A program made the translations under genes and the position numbers. A stretch of 64,000 bases of DNA from Octopus vulgaris. Its lineage: Eukaryota. Shown in pieces: positions 44,219 through 59,289 of the stretch (the stretch's first letter is position 1; each line of letters starts with the position of its first letter). Location: contig OX597814.1 in assembly GCA_951406725.2 (NCBI GenBank), positions 164,920,001 through 164,984,000 of the forward strand. The letters are read 5' to 3'. Below the pieces are notes generated by a model. The model worked only from the letters and a program-made list of their open reading frames with translations. It searched no databases and was not told the origin of the DNA.

Positions 44219-45837
44219 ATTATCAAAAGTGGCAGAATGAGTATGAATCCTAAAAGGTAATATTTATCTCCACTTAAAAGTGGACGTTGTGTTAGGGGAT
44301 TTGCAGTGCTTAAAAGCACTCGTATGTGTATGTGTGTATGTGTGTGTGTGTATGTGTGTGTGTGTGTATGTGTGTGTGTGTGTGCGTACGTGTGCATAGG
44401 AATGCATTTATGGCTGGGTACCCGAGTGTGTTTATGTTTTACCGATCTATATCGCTATATCGGCGTAAGTAATATACAACAGTGAGAACCTGGCAGCATT
44501 TCCTTTCTACTCTAGTCTTCAGAAATGTTATAAACTAGTGCCTAGACCTGATGCACAAAAGGGACAGAAAGGTTATATTTATGTTATATCGCAAATTGCG
44601 ATATAACATAAATATAACAACAGCACTTACTGAGACATACAGTCTTTCGAGGGAAAAATTTGGCAAAAGTTTTTTTTTTTTCGTAAGTTTGTATGCATAT
44701 AAGATAATTGAACTAGATAAAAATATACGTTTGCAATAGTTGAACCTTTGAATACGGCACAGAAAATAAGACAGTAGCTTAAAAATGAAAAAAAAAAACA
44801 GATCAGTATCATACAGAAAGATGAGACAATGATAACAGGCTCAGCTATTAAGTGAATGATATAATTTCTTGTGTGCATGCAGTCTAACCGTTTGAAATGT
44901 GTTGAATATTCTAAGATGTTAAAAGGGTTTTGTAAAGAGTTAAAAGTTAAACTGGAGTGTGACTTCGTTTCTGACAGAGATGTCATCATTTATGATGGAG
45001 TACGTAACTATAAACTATGCTTCTCAATAAGACTAAGTATGTGACTCTTAAATTTTATTTCATTGCTTTCACATAGCGTATTATTTGAGGTTAAATGTAT
45101 GGTTAAATGGGGGCAAGGGACAAAGCACAAAGTCGCATTTGGTTCGTAGAGTCTTAAAAGAATTTTAAATACTTGGTAAAGCTTTGCCTTACAAGTGAAT
45201 AAAATATTACAGCAAATGAGGCGGGACAGAAACTTACACGATATGTTTTGTTTATATATAAACTTGTTTGCTGTTTTTCATTGTATATCATGCAGTTGTA
45301 CTAGATAAATACATACGAAACTGCATTCAGTTTATACATGTTATGATATATATCTATCTTAGTCATAAGTCTGTCACGAGACTACAAAATCATTACGCCA
45401 GGGTTTGTCCCGGGTTCCAGGTCATATAAATGATCGACAGTACACAACATTCATCTTTGAACGTGACGACAGTCCGTTATAGAGATAAACTTGCAAATGT
45501 TTCTGGTATTCATTTTCATCTAAGTAGAGTGGAATAACGTAAAATAAGTGTTTTGCTCAATAACACAATGTTGTTTACAGAGAATTGTTTACTTGTACTG
45601 CATCGGCAACTGAATAAGCAGGAAACAGTAATAATGACACAAATGAAATTAATAATTTACTAATATATGTTATATTAACATGTGATTGATATATTTGGTA
45701 GCAAAATACATACTGCATGAAGTTCCACAGAAATATATGTGATTGATTATAGGAACTATCTTCATAACGCAATACAATGTCGAAATTAACACACCAACAT
45801 ACACATAAACAACTTACCTGGTAGCTACTGATATATT

Positions 45838-45917
<80 letters not shown>

Positions 45918-45940
45918 GTGTGTATGTATGCATACATGTG

Positions 45941-45993
<53 letters not shown>

Positions 45994-46542
45994 GATGCAG
46001 TACCAGGCAGTGGCTCTCATGGCTTCTGATCTTAATTGATTGGAAGTGTTATCATGTACATTGTTTTGTCTTGGTATAAAAGATGGGCTACAGCAAATAT
46101 TCTGCTCAATACCACAGATTTGCTTGTCAGTTGTTTGACCTTAACCAGTTGAGCATGTCCCTTAGTGGCTGACGATATGTGCATCTCTGATCACGAGCAG
46201 AAGTAGTGGGGGAGCATCATAGCCATGTGTTGAGAGGGATTCTTTGGGGTTTGAATAATTCACCTCTGGAAACACGGGTGGTTCTTTCAACATCCTTAAA
46301 CAACCCTTATTCAGGGACCTTTTGAGCGGGATGGGCTACTCAACCTGAAGAAAATTCTAACTGGGCCCCACCTGCAAGGTCATGTGCTGTTTATCTTGAT
46401 ATGAGATCACCATGTCGCGCACATATGGTTGTGATGCATGTGCCTGGTGTACCTTTATCAGACGGGTAGTCATGATGGGTATATTGGGCTTCGTATATTT
46501 TACCCCAGTGTCACTTTGATGGCATGAACTGCTCTCTCACTC

Positions 46543-46543
<1 letters not shown>
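45994..46543 (+). mobile_element. ~560-bp non-coding element in (AAT)n
   Basis: Only a handful of substitutions relative to 25128-25676. Confidence 0.9.
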
Positions 46544-46605
<62 letters not shown>

Positions 46606-46629
46606 TATCATTATTATCATGATTACGAT

Positions 46630-46670
<41 letters not shown>

Positions 46671-46694
46671 TTACTACTACTACTGCTACTATTA

Positions 46695-46743
<49 letters not shown>

Positions 46744-47175
46744 CGAGTTAGGGAATCCTTAATTTGACGAGTAAATAACAACATGGCCGCCCAAACTAAA
46801 GATCGTTAGCGAGATAACACTTTACCTATGGATGTACCGGATGTGACTCAGATCGCAAAATTGATGCAACACAACATGTTTCACGGAGTCTCACCCATAA
46901 GGAATAGTAGCAGGATGTGCCGAAACGATCGTCGTACAAAGACTAATACCAAATCCATCTTCTGGTTGCTTAATCAATTATTATTATCGCAACTAACACT
47001 GCGAAAATTCTGGAGTTAATCCAACGGAAATATACCCCGACTGCGTATAACACCAGGTAGCCCAAACCGTGCCAGTGCTCTACTCAACACTTCAACACAT
47101 ATATACCCATTAGTTCAAAATATTACGCACGCACACACACACACACACACGAACACACACACACAAACACACGTG

Positions 47176-47212
<37 letters not shown>

Positions 47213-47483
47213 CTCTGTGTGTATACGGAGCAAATAATTCAAGAGAAAGTATTTGCGAAGATATTACTGAGTCTGTTATTATCTAGTGTAACAATTAAAA
47301 ATGATAATAACAGAATTAATAGCATATACGATTCCAGGTCCCAAAAATAATCAAAGGATATACTAAGTATGTCTATCTGTTGGAAATAACAGTCAAAACT
47401 CTTATTTAAATCGCTGAAAAAAAAAATGATCATAACTACCGAAATAAACCGTCTGCGAGCAAACAAGCTAAGACAATCTCTCA

Positions 47484-47544
<61 letters not shown>

Positions 47545-47546
<2 letters not shown>

Positions 47547-48154
47547 TACGTGAATGAATTATCCTAGTATTGATAATTCGGTTAATCGATACCTGGGTAG
47601 CAAATTCACGTCAGAAAACATGGTTGAAGCTACATGCCAAGGGTAGAAACCCCGTGTTCTTGTGTGGTAGTTTGTGTATTATTTAAAATGAATAAAAGAA
47701 TGGAGTCGAACGAAGATTTTAACACAATTCCTTTACTTTCAACACATGTTTCGAAGACTGCATATTCTTAATTAGTGTTAAAATTGTGTTAAAATGACGG
47801 AAAAAAAGTAAGTGGCGGGAAGCAAGAGGTAGCAGGTGTTTGTAGACGTAGTGCGCCATGGTTAGACGAAAAGAGAAAGAGAAAGAACGCTCCCATATTT
47901 GAAAACGTTGAGTAGATAAGAAGGGAAAAGGAAATGCAGCAAGGTAACGCTATACTGATACACAAGCGTGCGCCTACATATAATATACATGTAGATTATT
48001 GGTCTCGTCCTAAATATCATAACTTAATGTTAACTGTCTGTCGACCGATATGCTATAAAAAACATGCCTGCAATCAAATAAGAATGTGTGACTTTGAGGT
48101 CATATTGTGTTAAAATTGTGTTAAAATCTTCGTTCGACTCCATTCTTTTATTCA

Positions 48155-48160
<6 letters not shown>
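47545..48160. mobile_element. 'Tail + inverted arm' insert in (TA)n (PLE-like end)
   Basis: Perfect 47-bp inverted repeat 47683-47729 / 48114-48160; hammerhead-like half GAAACATGT on the minus strand near 47744-47752. Confidence 0.75.
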
Positions 48161-48204
<44 letters not shown>

Positions 48205-48334
48205 CGCTAACGAGCAAAATCTGACCATACGTGACTGCCGATACATAATATCAACAGTCAAAAACTTGGAAGAAAAGTCTACACGAATGCAGCCGTTATA
48301 TAGGAAACAGACACAAACTCCAATAGTAAGTTAA

Positions 48335-49522
48335 TCTTTATATATATAAAACTGAGAATGTGTGTCTGTCTGTCTGTCTGCCTGTCTGTGTGTTTCCCTA
48401 AAACTTGAGAACTACACAACCAATTTCATTCAAATTTTACACATGCCTTAGTAAGAGTCCGGGGAGTGTCATCGGCAAAAATTTTTTTAACTTTTTGCCT
48501 AGGGCGAGCCCACAGCAATATCTTATCTTCTCCACTACGATTCCCTAAAACTTGAGAACTACACAACCAATTTCATTCAAATTTTACACATGCCTTTCTT
48601 AGGGTCCATGTAGTTTCATGGGCCACAAAAAAATGTTCAACTTCTTGCCTAGAGCGAGCCCATAGCAATATCATATCTTCTCCACTATTTCAGTATTACG
48701 TGTTAAAAGTGAAACAAAAACATTTCTCTATTTTATGTCAGATACTTTCACTTTAATAATAAAAATAATAATAACAATTGAATTATATATAGTAAGTAAT
48801 AATTAAAATCAAACTAAAGTATAACATAATCGTAACATAAAAAAAGTAAAAATAGCAATTGGTATAAAATTGCATCAATGACTTGAAGTTGAATAAGTGG
48901 TTTCACATGAATGGGAATAAATCAAAAAGAAAATTAGCGTGCAGAAATGGAATAGTCCAGATGGATAATAAAAAATTAAATTAATGAAAAGACTATTGTC
49001 TATAAAATATACAATGTAGATAAAAAAGAAGATTTGAACACATGGAGGAAAGCACCTTCGAAAAGTGTCTTGGTGCGACTATGAAAGATATCTAATCAGA
49101 GGCGGTAAATTCGCCACAATAGAAGCAAGGTTCGAGTCAACGGAGCGTGCAAGGGAGTACTCGACTCGAACTTGCAAAGTGGAAATATTTTACTTTTACC
49201 GTTATATCTCGGACGTAGGACGTCCCGGAAAAAAATTTTAAATGCCCCCCCCCCCCCAAAAAAATACAGGTAGGCTGGATTGTAGCCACACTTCTATACA
49301 AGAGGGAGGACAAGATACAATTGATCGAAATTACAAGAGACGGGCTAAAAATTCCAGTCTGTTATATATTTTGAGTATTGTTATCACTAGCGATATCAAG
49401 ATATAACTTTGTATTTTGTATTTTATGTGTAGATGTATATATATATAGATGTACATGTAATATGTACACATATATACATGCACTAGCATTATGACCCGGC
49501 AACGACGGGTCTTTAATGCTAG
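48335..49522 (+). mobile_element. Non-autonomous Helitron with an internal ~147-bp duplication
   Basis: A|TCTTTATATATATAAA start, (GTCT)n, ACCCGGCAACGACGGGT hairpin then CTAG|T; duplicate blocks 48393-48537 / 48540-48687. Confidence 0.75.
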
Positions 49523-49782
49523 TTTCTTAATAATGTAACTGTGAAAATGTAGAAACGACGGAGATAGATTTGGGAAGAAAAGAAAATATAAATAAAACGT
49601 GAGCATAGTTGTGTATTTAATAACACATGATACATAAAAGAATAGCAATTTGCCATATATGTATATATATACGTACATATATCTACATGTACATACAGAT
49701 ATGTATATACATATGTGTATGTGTATATATATATGTGTGTGTGTTTGTGTGTATACATATATACATACATATATATATATAA

Positions 49783-49935
49783 GACAGGCTTCTTTCAGTT
49801 ACCGTCTACTAAATCCACTCATAAAGCTTTAGTCGGCCCGAGGTTAAAGTTGACACTTGTCGATGGTGTCACGAGGTCGCACTGAATTGGGAACTATGTA
49901 GGTGAGAAGCAAGTTTCTTACCACAAAGCCACGCC
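49783..49935 (-). mobile_element. Family B SINE
   Basis: Reverse complement of the family B body. Confidence 0.7.
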
Positions 49936-49979
49936 TATAAACATACGTAGAATGAAAGAATGAGAGACACGAAGTAGAA

Positions 49980-50026
<47 letters not shown>

Positions 50027-50254
50027 GATAAAAGGAGGGAGCAAGAGAGAAAAAGAAGTTAAACAACTTGGAAAAACTCAAAATCATTCATTTTTTCACA
50101 ATGAAAGCTTCAACAAAATGAAAATTATTCACAGCTATTAGTACTCCGTGAGCACAATAAAGCATGTTTTTTTTTATTAGTTATCAATCAACTCAATATT
50201 AGCAAGAATATATATATATATATATATATATACAAACACACACATACACACATA

Positions 50255-50773
50255 CCGTAAATCCTCGAGTATAGTCTGCCCTTGAGTATAATACGCAGGA
50301 CATTTTTAGGGGCTGTACCTCTGAAAAACCTAAACCTTGTGTATAATACGCACCCCTTCTCTAACTTGAGTCGTGTGTAATTAAACCAGCAGCACCTAGT
50401 CGAACAAACACTTCCGCGCATGCGTATACAATAATGGCGACGTTCTTAACTGTTATATGAGAATGTAAATATATTTGCAAATTGTTTTTATTACATGTTA
50501 TTCTGTGTTCTGAATACTTTTATTTTAATAAATGTTGCTTACTGCAAGTTATGGATGATTCTTTTATGACTTCATTGCTTTCAGGCTTAGCTTGAGGTAT
50601 TTTCACGCCCGACATCACAAAATGCGTCTGAATAAACATTGCCGGACAGCAAATAGATATTCGGACATTGCTTAGAAAATATTTTTCATTTTTTGCCTCG
50701 TATATAGTACGCACTAGGGATTTTGATCTTTAAATTTGGGGGGAAAATTCGGATTATACTCGAGGATTTACAG
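50255..50773. mobile_element. Tc1/mariner-superfamily (pogo/Tc2-like) MITE
   Basis: TIR C(C/T)GTAAATCCTCGAGTATA with TA on both sides. Confidence 0.85.
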
Positions 50774-50804
50774 TATATATATATATATATATATCGGTCT
50801 CCTA

Positions 50805-50832
50805 TTTCTGAAGAAGAGCTCGAAACGTAAAA
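50805..50832 (+). ncRNA. Minimal hammerhead remnant in a ~145-bp (TA)n-flanked insert (50795-50938)
   Basis: TTT-CTGAAGA-A-GAG/CTC-GAAA-CG-TA-AAA; loop II is missing. Confidence 0.5.
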
Positions 50833-50948
50833 CATCCTTTCTTTCCTTCCCTGGGCGTCTTATTAATATATTGCATGTACCACGTCCACCCGCTGTTTTT
50901 TCATACTGTGTTTTTTCTCTCCGTTTTTGCGATTAACTATATACATGC

Positions 50949-50984
<36 letters not shown>

Positions 50985-51033
50985 TTGTGTGTGCGTGTGT
51001 ATGTATGTATGTATGTGTGTATGTGTGTATATA

Positions 51034-51372
51034 TGATGACACAGGTGGTAATTTCCCATATATTTGCATTTTGGTTGGATGGCGCTTCCACGAGAGATTT
51101 TGAGCTCTCATAAGGAGGCGAGTGTAGGTTCCATCCAACCGCCTCTCAAGCTTCTTTGATAACGTCCAGGTTTCTGAGCCATATAGTAGAATTGGTGCGA
51201 CTGTGGCTTTGAATATTTCAAGTTTGAAGTTTCTACTTAGATTTGATGAGCAGATCTTATGCATGTCATTACAGGCTGACCAGGCCATACCCTTTCTAGT
51301 TAGAAAGTCTTTTCCAGATGATGATATGTATGACCCAAGATATTTATATATCATCATCTGGAAGACCACTAA
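51034..51372 (-). pseudogene. RTE-clade LINE RT C-terminal fragment
   Basis: YKYLGSYI..PILLYGSETWTL..RLDGTYTRLLM..SW. Confidence 0.85.
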
Positions 51373-51654
51373 CATACATGCATATTATATGTAGGCCCAC
51401 GCTTGATTCAATAGATTGACACCATATATCGATGTCTAAGTGTGTAGATGTTGGTTTGATGCTTAGCATTATACAAAGAAAAGCTTACATCAAGAAGTCG
51501 ACATCTATAGATCTGTATAATGACTCGGCCCAAATCGGCAAAATATGCCGATATTTTGGCCGCAGTTATGTAATTTTATGTTCAGTTGTCATTAATCTTG
51601 TATTGAGACAATATCTACAAATTGTATAACTCTGTCTGTTTGTCTGTCTTTCTG

Positions 51655-51727
<73 letters not shown>

Positions 51728-51925
51728 ATGTGAGTGCGTACTTCTGTATTTATGCATCTATATATGTATGTATATACATGCATACATAAATATATATAGA
51801 TAGATAGATGTACATAATACATATATATTTACATATATATAAATGTATATATATCTATGTATATATATATACATATATATATATACACACACAAATATAT
51901 ATATATATATACACATATAAATATG

Positions 51926-52021
<96 letters not shown>

Positions 52022-52135
52022 TATGTATATATATATATATATATATATGCATATATTTATACTGCGATGGCATCTATATACGTTTTGTCTATCAACTTAT
52101 TTATGATCTCTAGTCTGTCTGTCACCCTTCTCTCT

Positions 52136-52176
<41 letters not shown>

Positions 52177-52471
52177 TTCTCTCTCCCTTCATTTGACAAA
52201 ACACACTGCGTCAATAAAGTCGACATTCTGTTTATATCTATCCAGTCGACATCTATTTTATTTCTTTTTTTTATATATAATAAAAACAACACGAAAGCAG
52301 GATAAAAAAAAAGCACATCACATAACAGAATTCCGAACTCAGTTGACAACTCAAGTCTCCAGTTTGTTATTTCGTTCGCAAGAATGTACGGCGCCCCTTC
52401 ACCATGTTCTCCAGATGCCGCCACCGTTACCAACGATACTATACTTCTTCTGTCGCTGCTGGTAGTGTTGA

Positions 52472-52509
<38 letters not shown>

Positions 52510-53079
52510 TTGTTGTCGTGGTCGTCGTTGTTGTTGCGGCTGTTATCAGGTTAGATGAACCAAGATGTGTCCATGGCATTAACCTATTAAACGGTGAAAA
52601 AAAAGTGACACAATTAATTAACACAATCAAATTACTAGAAAATGTTTACCTCGAAAATTACCCGAACCAGCTGATATATACAAACAACATTTGTTATTTT
52701 TTAATGTCTGCCACAAACCATTTTCTCATTGCTAATCAGAGAAGCATCTCTGTGTAAACGACAGTTGAGCAAGCCAACGCGAGAGAGAAGACAGAAGGGT
52801 GGCAAAAGGAGAGGGCATGGTGAATAGGAAGTAACATAACGGGTTATGTGATAGGACAGCTTACTGCAGAGATCAGTATCACGGCTTCGTTATGTATAGA
52901 CTCTTAACTGAACATAGCTTTATTGTGTTTAATTAAATAAATAGATTATTGGTATGTGTACCACAGTCAAACCGCCATTTTCAACATTGCATGACTATAT
53001 GTTTCATAAAAGTAAATGTGTGTCTACACGTGTGCGTGTGTAAATTTTATATACATATAAATATACATACATACGTATA

Positions 53080-53117
<38 letters not shown>

Positions 53118-53124
53118 CATAGAT

Positions 53125-53187
<63 letters not shown>

Positions 53188-53440
53188 CGTATGTATATTC
53201 ATATATGTACATATATGTGTGCGTGAGCATTTGTGTGTGTGTATGAATATATGATGATGTATATATACATGTATATAATATACATATGACAAACATGTAA
53301 TGCATATATAAAATGATATTTATACATGCATATATGTGTCTGTGTGTGTGTGTATGCACATATATGTATGTATGTATGTATGCATGTATGTATGTATGTA
53401 TGTATGTATGAATGAATGTATGTATGTATGTATGTATGTA

Positions 53441-53473
<33 letters not shown>

Positions 53474-53978
53474 GTGTATGTATGTATGTATGTATGTATG
53501 TGTGTATGTATGCATCTACAGACCTTATAGTAGATTAATAGATAGTCATGTGCTTCATAGTGAACATCTGAATTCATTTCAAACCGAGGTAATTCTCAAT
53601 ATGGCATTCAAAATAAATTGAATTAATTAGGGATGTGGCAACAATGTCTATGTGAATAAAAGAGTAGAAAATAGGGGGGGGGTCGAATATATCAAACAGA
53701 GAAGCTATGTGTATAGTATATATATGTAAGTTAATCACGTGCGTATATGTATCTATAAATATGTGCACGCACACACATATATGCATATGTGTATGTATGT
53801 GTGTGTATGTGTGTGTGCAGATACGTCCAAAATAAATATGTAGATAAATATCTAAGTATAAGTGTCTCTAAGTGTGTCAACGTAATTATGTTGTGTAAAC
53901 ATAGGAATGGTGCCAGAGCTGGTAATCTGTGATGTGGGTTCAATTCTTAATTGAGCCATTTTATATTTTCTTCTAAAC

Positions 53979-54309
53979 CAGTGGTTCTCAACCGGGGTCC
54001 ATATAAGACATTTGAGGCTCCATACTAGCAAAATAGTAAATTTGGGATCCGCAGTAGTTGTTTAAGGGATCGTAGAAAGTTTTGATTTAAATGTATGTAT
54101 TGCAAAAAAAAAAAAAAAAAATAGCTAGATTTCTTTTCCTAACATTTTACGTAGTTCAACCTATACAAGTGAATAAGAGACTAACAAAATAGGAATTTTG
54201 AAAAAGTATCTATAAAATTATTTTTTAAACATCAAATGGCTATGGAAGTTCACCAGAATAAAATAGTAAGCAAAGGGGTCCGTAAGTAATAAGTGGCTGA
54301 GAACCATTC
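53979..54309. mobile_element. hAT/Charlie-like MITE
   Basis: CAGTGGTTCTCAACC..GGCTGAGAACCATTC imperfect TIRs; TSD not clear. Confidence 0.65.
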
Positions 54310-55861
54310 TTTGAAAATGTTAAGCTGTCACAAGAGCAATTGATTCGGCTATCTATGCACCTTTTGTCACCCATAACTTGTTTCACAATATGGGACATTC
54401 TTTTCTCATTTTTTTTCTTTTGGAATTACAAGCCTCTTGAATCTTACACCTGCTTTTTTTTTTTCATCTCTATCCTATAGGCATCAAACAATAAGATGTG
54501 ACATTGAACCTCGACAGCATCCACACTGCGAGCCTGGGAAGTATATGGGAGTCATACTTATAATTAAAATTATATATGTCCAACTTTAGCGTGCCCATAA
54601 CAGACACAAAATTTAGGAAGGATTGAAGGTCAAGGAAATCGAATCCAGTGTTTGATTGGTACTTACGTTATCGTCACCCATATGGACACAAATCAAATTT
54701 GACTCTAGTGAAATTTTCCCTTCGAGTATAAAACAGGTAACTAAATACAGTTCTTTAATATACCGTAGTTGATGGCTTAAAAGACGCACGAGGATATTAA
54801 ATACACCCTTATTTCAGCAGCGTATAATCAGGGAAACAATCTTTTTAGTATATTAAAGCATGAAATATAGACTCAACTTCGCATGTAGGACGCGAGTTGG
54901 TTTACTGAGCAGAACATGCGTCATATATACCATCAAATACGATACGTGTAAATCCATACGTTTAGTGGGAGAATGCACTGGATTAGATGAACTATAGCAC
55001 TTTCTTGGCACCTACTGTATCAACCACCAAAAGCTGCAAAACAAAACTCACTGATCAGATCGTGAAAGGCTGTGGCTAAGAACTGCAAGCTGTTTTGTTC
55101 CTTTCATTCATTACGCCATCGTGTTATAGATATGTAAAGGCGAAGCGAGCTGTTATTTCTAACAGTTGTCATTAATTGAAAGAATGATGTTTACAAATAA
55201 GTTCTGGCTATAGTTTTTTATGGAATTTGATCCAGGTACTCATTATGATTTTTAGAACTTTTAATTTATGAAGACCCGCCCCACCCACTCCCATCCTTTG
55301 CTAAAATGGAGGTAAGCGATCTTCCACCAAGATTGTTTGAGCCCACGAAATGTCACTCTGAAATGCCATAATACATCTAACTGTAACTGTAACAGTAACC
55401 GTCAGCTCACTGTGACCACCACAGGCTAGAAATTTCCCACTGATGCAAGCCATAGTGTCATCATTAAATTAATTAACTTCGTTAGGTTGCCATCCTACGT
55501 TCAAGTTCTGTTGCGCTAGCTTGGTGAATACTGGGAGCTGTAGAGCAGACTCAAATCAAAATAGTACTACATACAAAGGGTAATTCCATACTTTCTAATG
55601 ATTATGTTGTGACCACATACCTATAAGATTGTCAAAATTATAGTTATTGAATATTTATAAAAAAATAGTACAAGCGTAAACACCTTAGAATACTGTACCT
55701 GTATCTTAGGCAATGTTGCAGCGACGCACACAGACCACGTAGACTTCACTTCACCAAAACTCGCAAAAATTAATGTCAGTGAAAAACAAAATTCAACAAC
55801 ACGCACGCGCGCATATTTATACGTTACAGCCATGCCGCTGCGGTCATGCTGGAGCACCACC

Positions 55862-55902
<41 letters not shown>

Positions 55903-55907
55903 ATATA

Positions 55908-56078
55908 TTGATAGAAAATGGTAAGACAACAAAAGAATGAAAGAGTCCTCGATATTATGTAAATAGAGGAATTTATCTGTAAATATAATATGTGACAATT
56001 ATTTGGTAGCCATGATAAAGCATCCGAAACTCGGAGTTTTATCATGGCTACCGAATAATTGTCAAATATTATATTTAC

Positions 56079-56083
<5 letters not shown>
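55908..56083. mobile_element. 'Tail + fold-back' insert in (TA)n
   Basis: 66-bp tail, then arms 55974-56027 / 56031-56083. Confidence 0.8.
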
Positions 56084-56148
<65 letters not shown>

Positions 56149-56151
<3 letters not shown>

Positions 56152-56441
56152 AATTAAGGACTGAACACAAAAAGTGGACAGTCAACATGCTAGATATAGA
56201 CGTCAAATTGCCATTCTCCACAAAAGATTATGTTCTCAGATCAAACTCAGCACAGTTTGCTGAGATCTGAGAACATAATCTTTTGTGGAGAATGGCGATT
56301 TGACGTCTATATCTAGCATGTTGACTGTCCACTTTTCGTGTTCAGTTCTTAATTGGTATATATAAATATTTTAATCTTCGGATTTTTTTTTAATATGCTA
56401 GACCACTGGTTCTAATTGATAAATATCAATTTCTACCCTAA

Positions 56442-56450
<9 letters not shown>
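56149..56450. mobile_element. 'Fold-back + tail' insert in (TA)n
   Basis: Near-perfect ~105-bp arms spanning 56142-56364, then a tail to 56450. Confidence 0.85.
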
Positions 56451-56504
<54 letters not shown>

Positions 56505-57079
56505 ATTTATATATTTATCCATGTATGTATGCATGTGCGCGAGTATGCATGTCTGTGCGTGTAAGTGATATATATATATATATATATATAACATCCCGTG
56601 ATCGAGGTGTAGGAAGACAGTTAGGTTCAAGCAATCGGTTGTAAATATAAAAAACAACTTTCAGGGACAATTGTGGTTTATTGAGACGGATGGTTGTGAT
56701 TTTGTTTTGTATCGATGCATGATAAACTAAAAAAAAAAGTTGTTTTTTTTTTATATTTCATGGTAGGTGACCAGGGTTGCCGGGTGTGCGAATAAGAATA
56801 CAAGAGTTAAAGAATGGAGAAGATAAGATCCGGGCTACATATGTTTCATAGCGAGCGAAACTTCTGAAGTGGTAAATATCCAAGCGAGGGGTATACCGCT
56901 GGCTAGTAGTCTTCAGGCTAAACATGTACCTCCTTGCGAGAATGTAAACTTTTATTTAATGAATGTATCCTTGGCGCCTGAAGATAGCCTGCGGTTTACA
57001 CTTCGCTTAGATATTTACCATTTCTGAGGTTTTGCTCGCTGTGAAACATATGCAACCCGGATCTTAACTCTTGCGTGTG

Positions 57080-57162
<83 letters not shown>

Positions 57163-57500
57163 CGTATTGGCATCGTATTTTCGATCTTTCCGTTTTCCTG
57201 TTTTTCTTTTCTATTGAGTAGCAAACAAAAATTCACACGGAAGTAAATATGTAAATAAGATAGACAGAATGAAAAAAAAAGAATGTGGGAAAGAAAAATT
57301 AATGAGAGAAGGAAAGAGAGGAAGTAGTAACAACGTTGTTAAAGAAAATGCACAAGTGGCCGAGGAAGCGATGTTCGAATTGTATTTTGCATGAAAGACG
57401 ACGGCTACCAAATTACTCGGATGTCGCCATAAAATGTACTAACATTTCAGTGTTATCTTCAATACTTTATTGTGTGTTTATGTGTGTGTAAATATCGTTG

Positions 57501-57614
57501 AAACATTTAATCTATAACCATTAGTCCGACAAAATATATTTTCTTTCGCCTATGGCTGTTGGGAGGCGAAACAAGATATATTTTGTCGGATTAACGATTA
57601 TGGATTAAATATTT
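57501..57614. repeat. Imperfect ~50-bp-arm hairpin
   Basis: TCCGACAAAATATAT..TTTCGCCT / AGGCGAAA..ATATATTTTGTCGGA. Confidence 0.75.
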
Positions 57615-57907
57615 ATTCACTATCAGATTTATTTTTTTAAGTTCTTTTTTCTATGTGGCCGGCCATAGCTTCTTAGAACTTGCCATCCCGTTGAATAAAT
57701 ATCGCCTATTTATTAATATGCGTCACTATAGAAATGGGCTCAACAATGTCAGAATCATACAGACGTTCTTTCCACAGTTATGAGATTCTGGATTCGATAT
57801 TACAGTCTCTTATATTGGCCAAAACCTTGTAAATAAAACTGGGTACAGTTGTGGAAATCACTCGGATGGTTTGTCCGTGTTATACAAAGAGTCAGCTTTA
57901 TCACATA

Positions 57908-58304
57908 CTAGCAGTATCGCCCGGCGTTGCTCGGGTTTGTTTCGGCCCTTTAGAATTGGAATTTTTGAAAAGTAAAAATTTGCATTATGTAGCTTGGTAT
58001 TCTCATTAAATGAACATTTTTCAGGTTGAAATACACCGGAAAATGACGACACAGCAGTCCAAAAATCGTTAAAAAATAGGGATTTTCATAGAAAAAAACC
58101 CCACCTTTTTGATGTAAATAATTTAATTTTTGGTGTTAACATGGTCCGATTAGAATTTTTTCTTCTACGGAAGGAGGAGCAAGCCTTCTTCTATCATACT
58201 CTCAATTTTGGTCAACTTGCACCGCAGGGTCTCGGAGGATATAGTGTTAGTTGAAGGCTACCAAACCTGCCATACACAGACAACTTCAGCTTTATATATA
58301 GAGA
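57908..58304 (-). mobile_element. Non-autonomous Helitron
   Basis: Same 33-bp 3' terminus as 28471; 5' TCTCTATATATAAAG; A|T site. Confidence 0.85.
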
Positions 58305-58851
58305 TAGAGATTGTTTAACGATTCAACCTAAAAATTACGTAAATATCTGTTGAATACCCAGCTATTTACACATTGATTCAGTTAATGGATAGATCAAGTG
58401 AGAGGATAATTGAGAGTAACGAATACTTATCACAAAATACGTGATACATTTACTCTTCATTGCTTAAATGGTGGCGATTCAGCAAATTAATTGTAGATGG
58501 TTTGTAACCAGGACGTATCTACGATTGGACTGTAATAGTTGCGTCTTCTAATGAATGACAACTCAATTGTTTCTAGGTAAGCCAAAAGCGACTCCTTTAT
58601 CCGGAACAACTGAGATCGACAAGTGCTAAGAAGTCTAACCTAACCTCAGTGTAAATCTGTAATACTTATTACAGATATAAACATAAGAAAATCTTATCAT
58701 CACCACCATTATCATTATCATCATCGTCATCATTCTTAACCTCGACATCGTCGTCGTCGTCGCCATCTTTTTTCAAGTAGTGCTGGTGTCATTGAGTGCT
58801 TTCTCTTTGTCAGCTTCGTGTCATTTAGGTATTGAGTTTTTATTTTTAATT

Positions 58852-58933
<82 letters not shown>

Positions 58934-59289
58934 GCTGATTTCTTAGAACTAATCTGCGTGATATGTTTAGAGTGTCTAGTATTAAATTATATTCTATACA
59001 AGAATAAACCATTGTGGTTAATTACTCAGAGACGTCATCTGTATATAAACAACAGTAGCTAACATAGTGTAGGCATATTTAAAGCAGAAAGCAACAAGAA
59101 TTTAATTAGAAATATATAATAATGTTGACACTTCTTCACACTATAAGTATTTCAAGTTCGATTCTTTAAGCTCGTTACATTAAATATTAAATCTAAATTA
59201 ACTGTTTACTTTTAAGTTGTGTGAGTGTAAGTTCTACTTCTTTCGAAATATATTTGGATTTGACTATTGTATTATTTCAGTGATAATTA

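Noticed and set aside
43545-44570. ~24-bp direct repeat ACCTGATGCA(T/C)AAAAGGGACAGA about 1 kb apart as a TSD
   Set aside because: Imperfect, and the enclosed sequence is a mosaic; more likely two fragments of one decayed element
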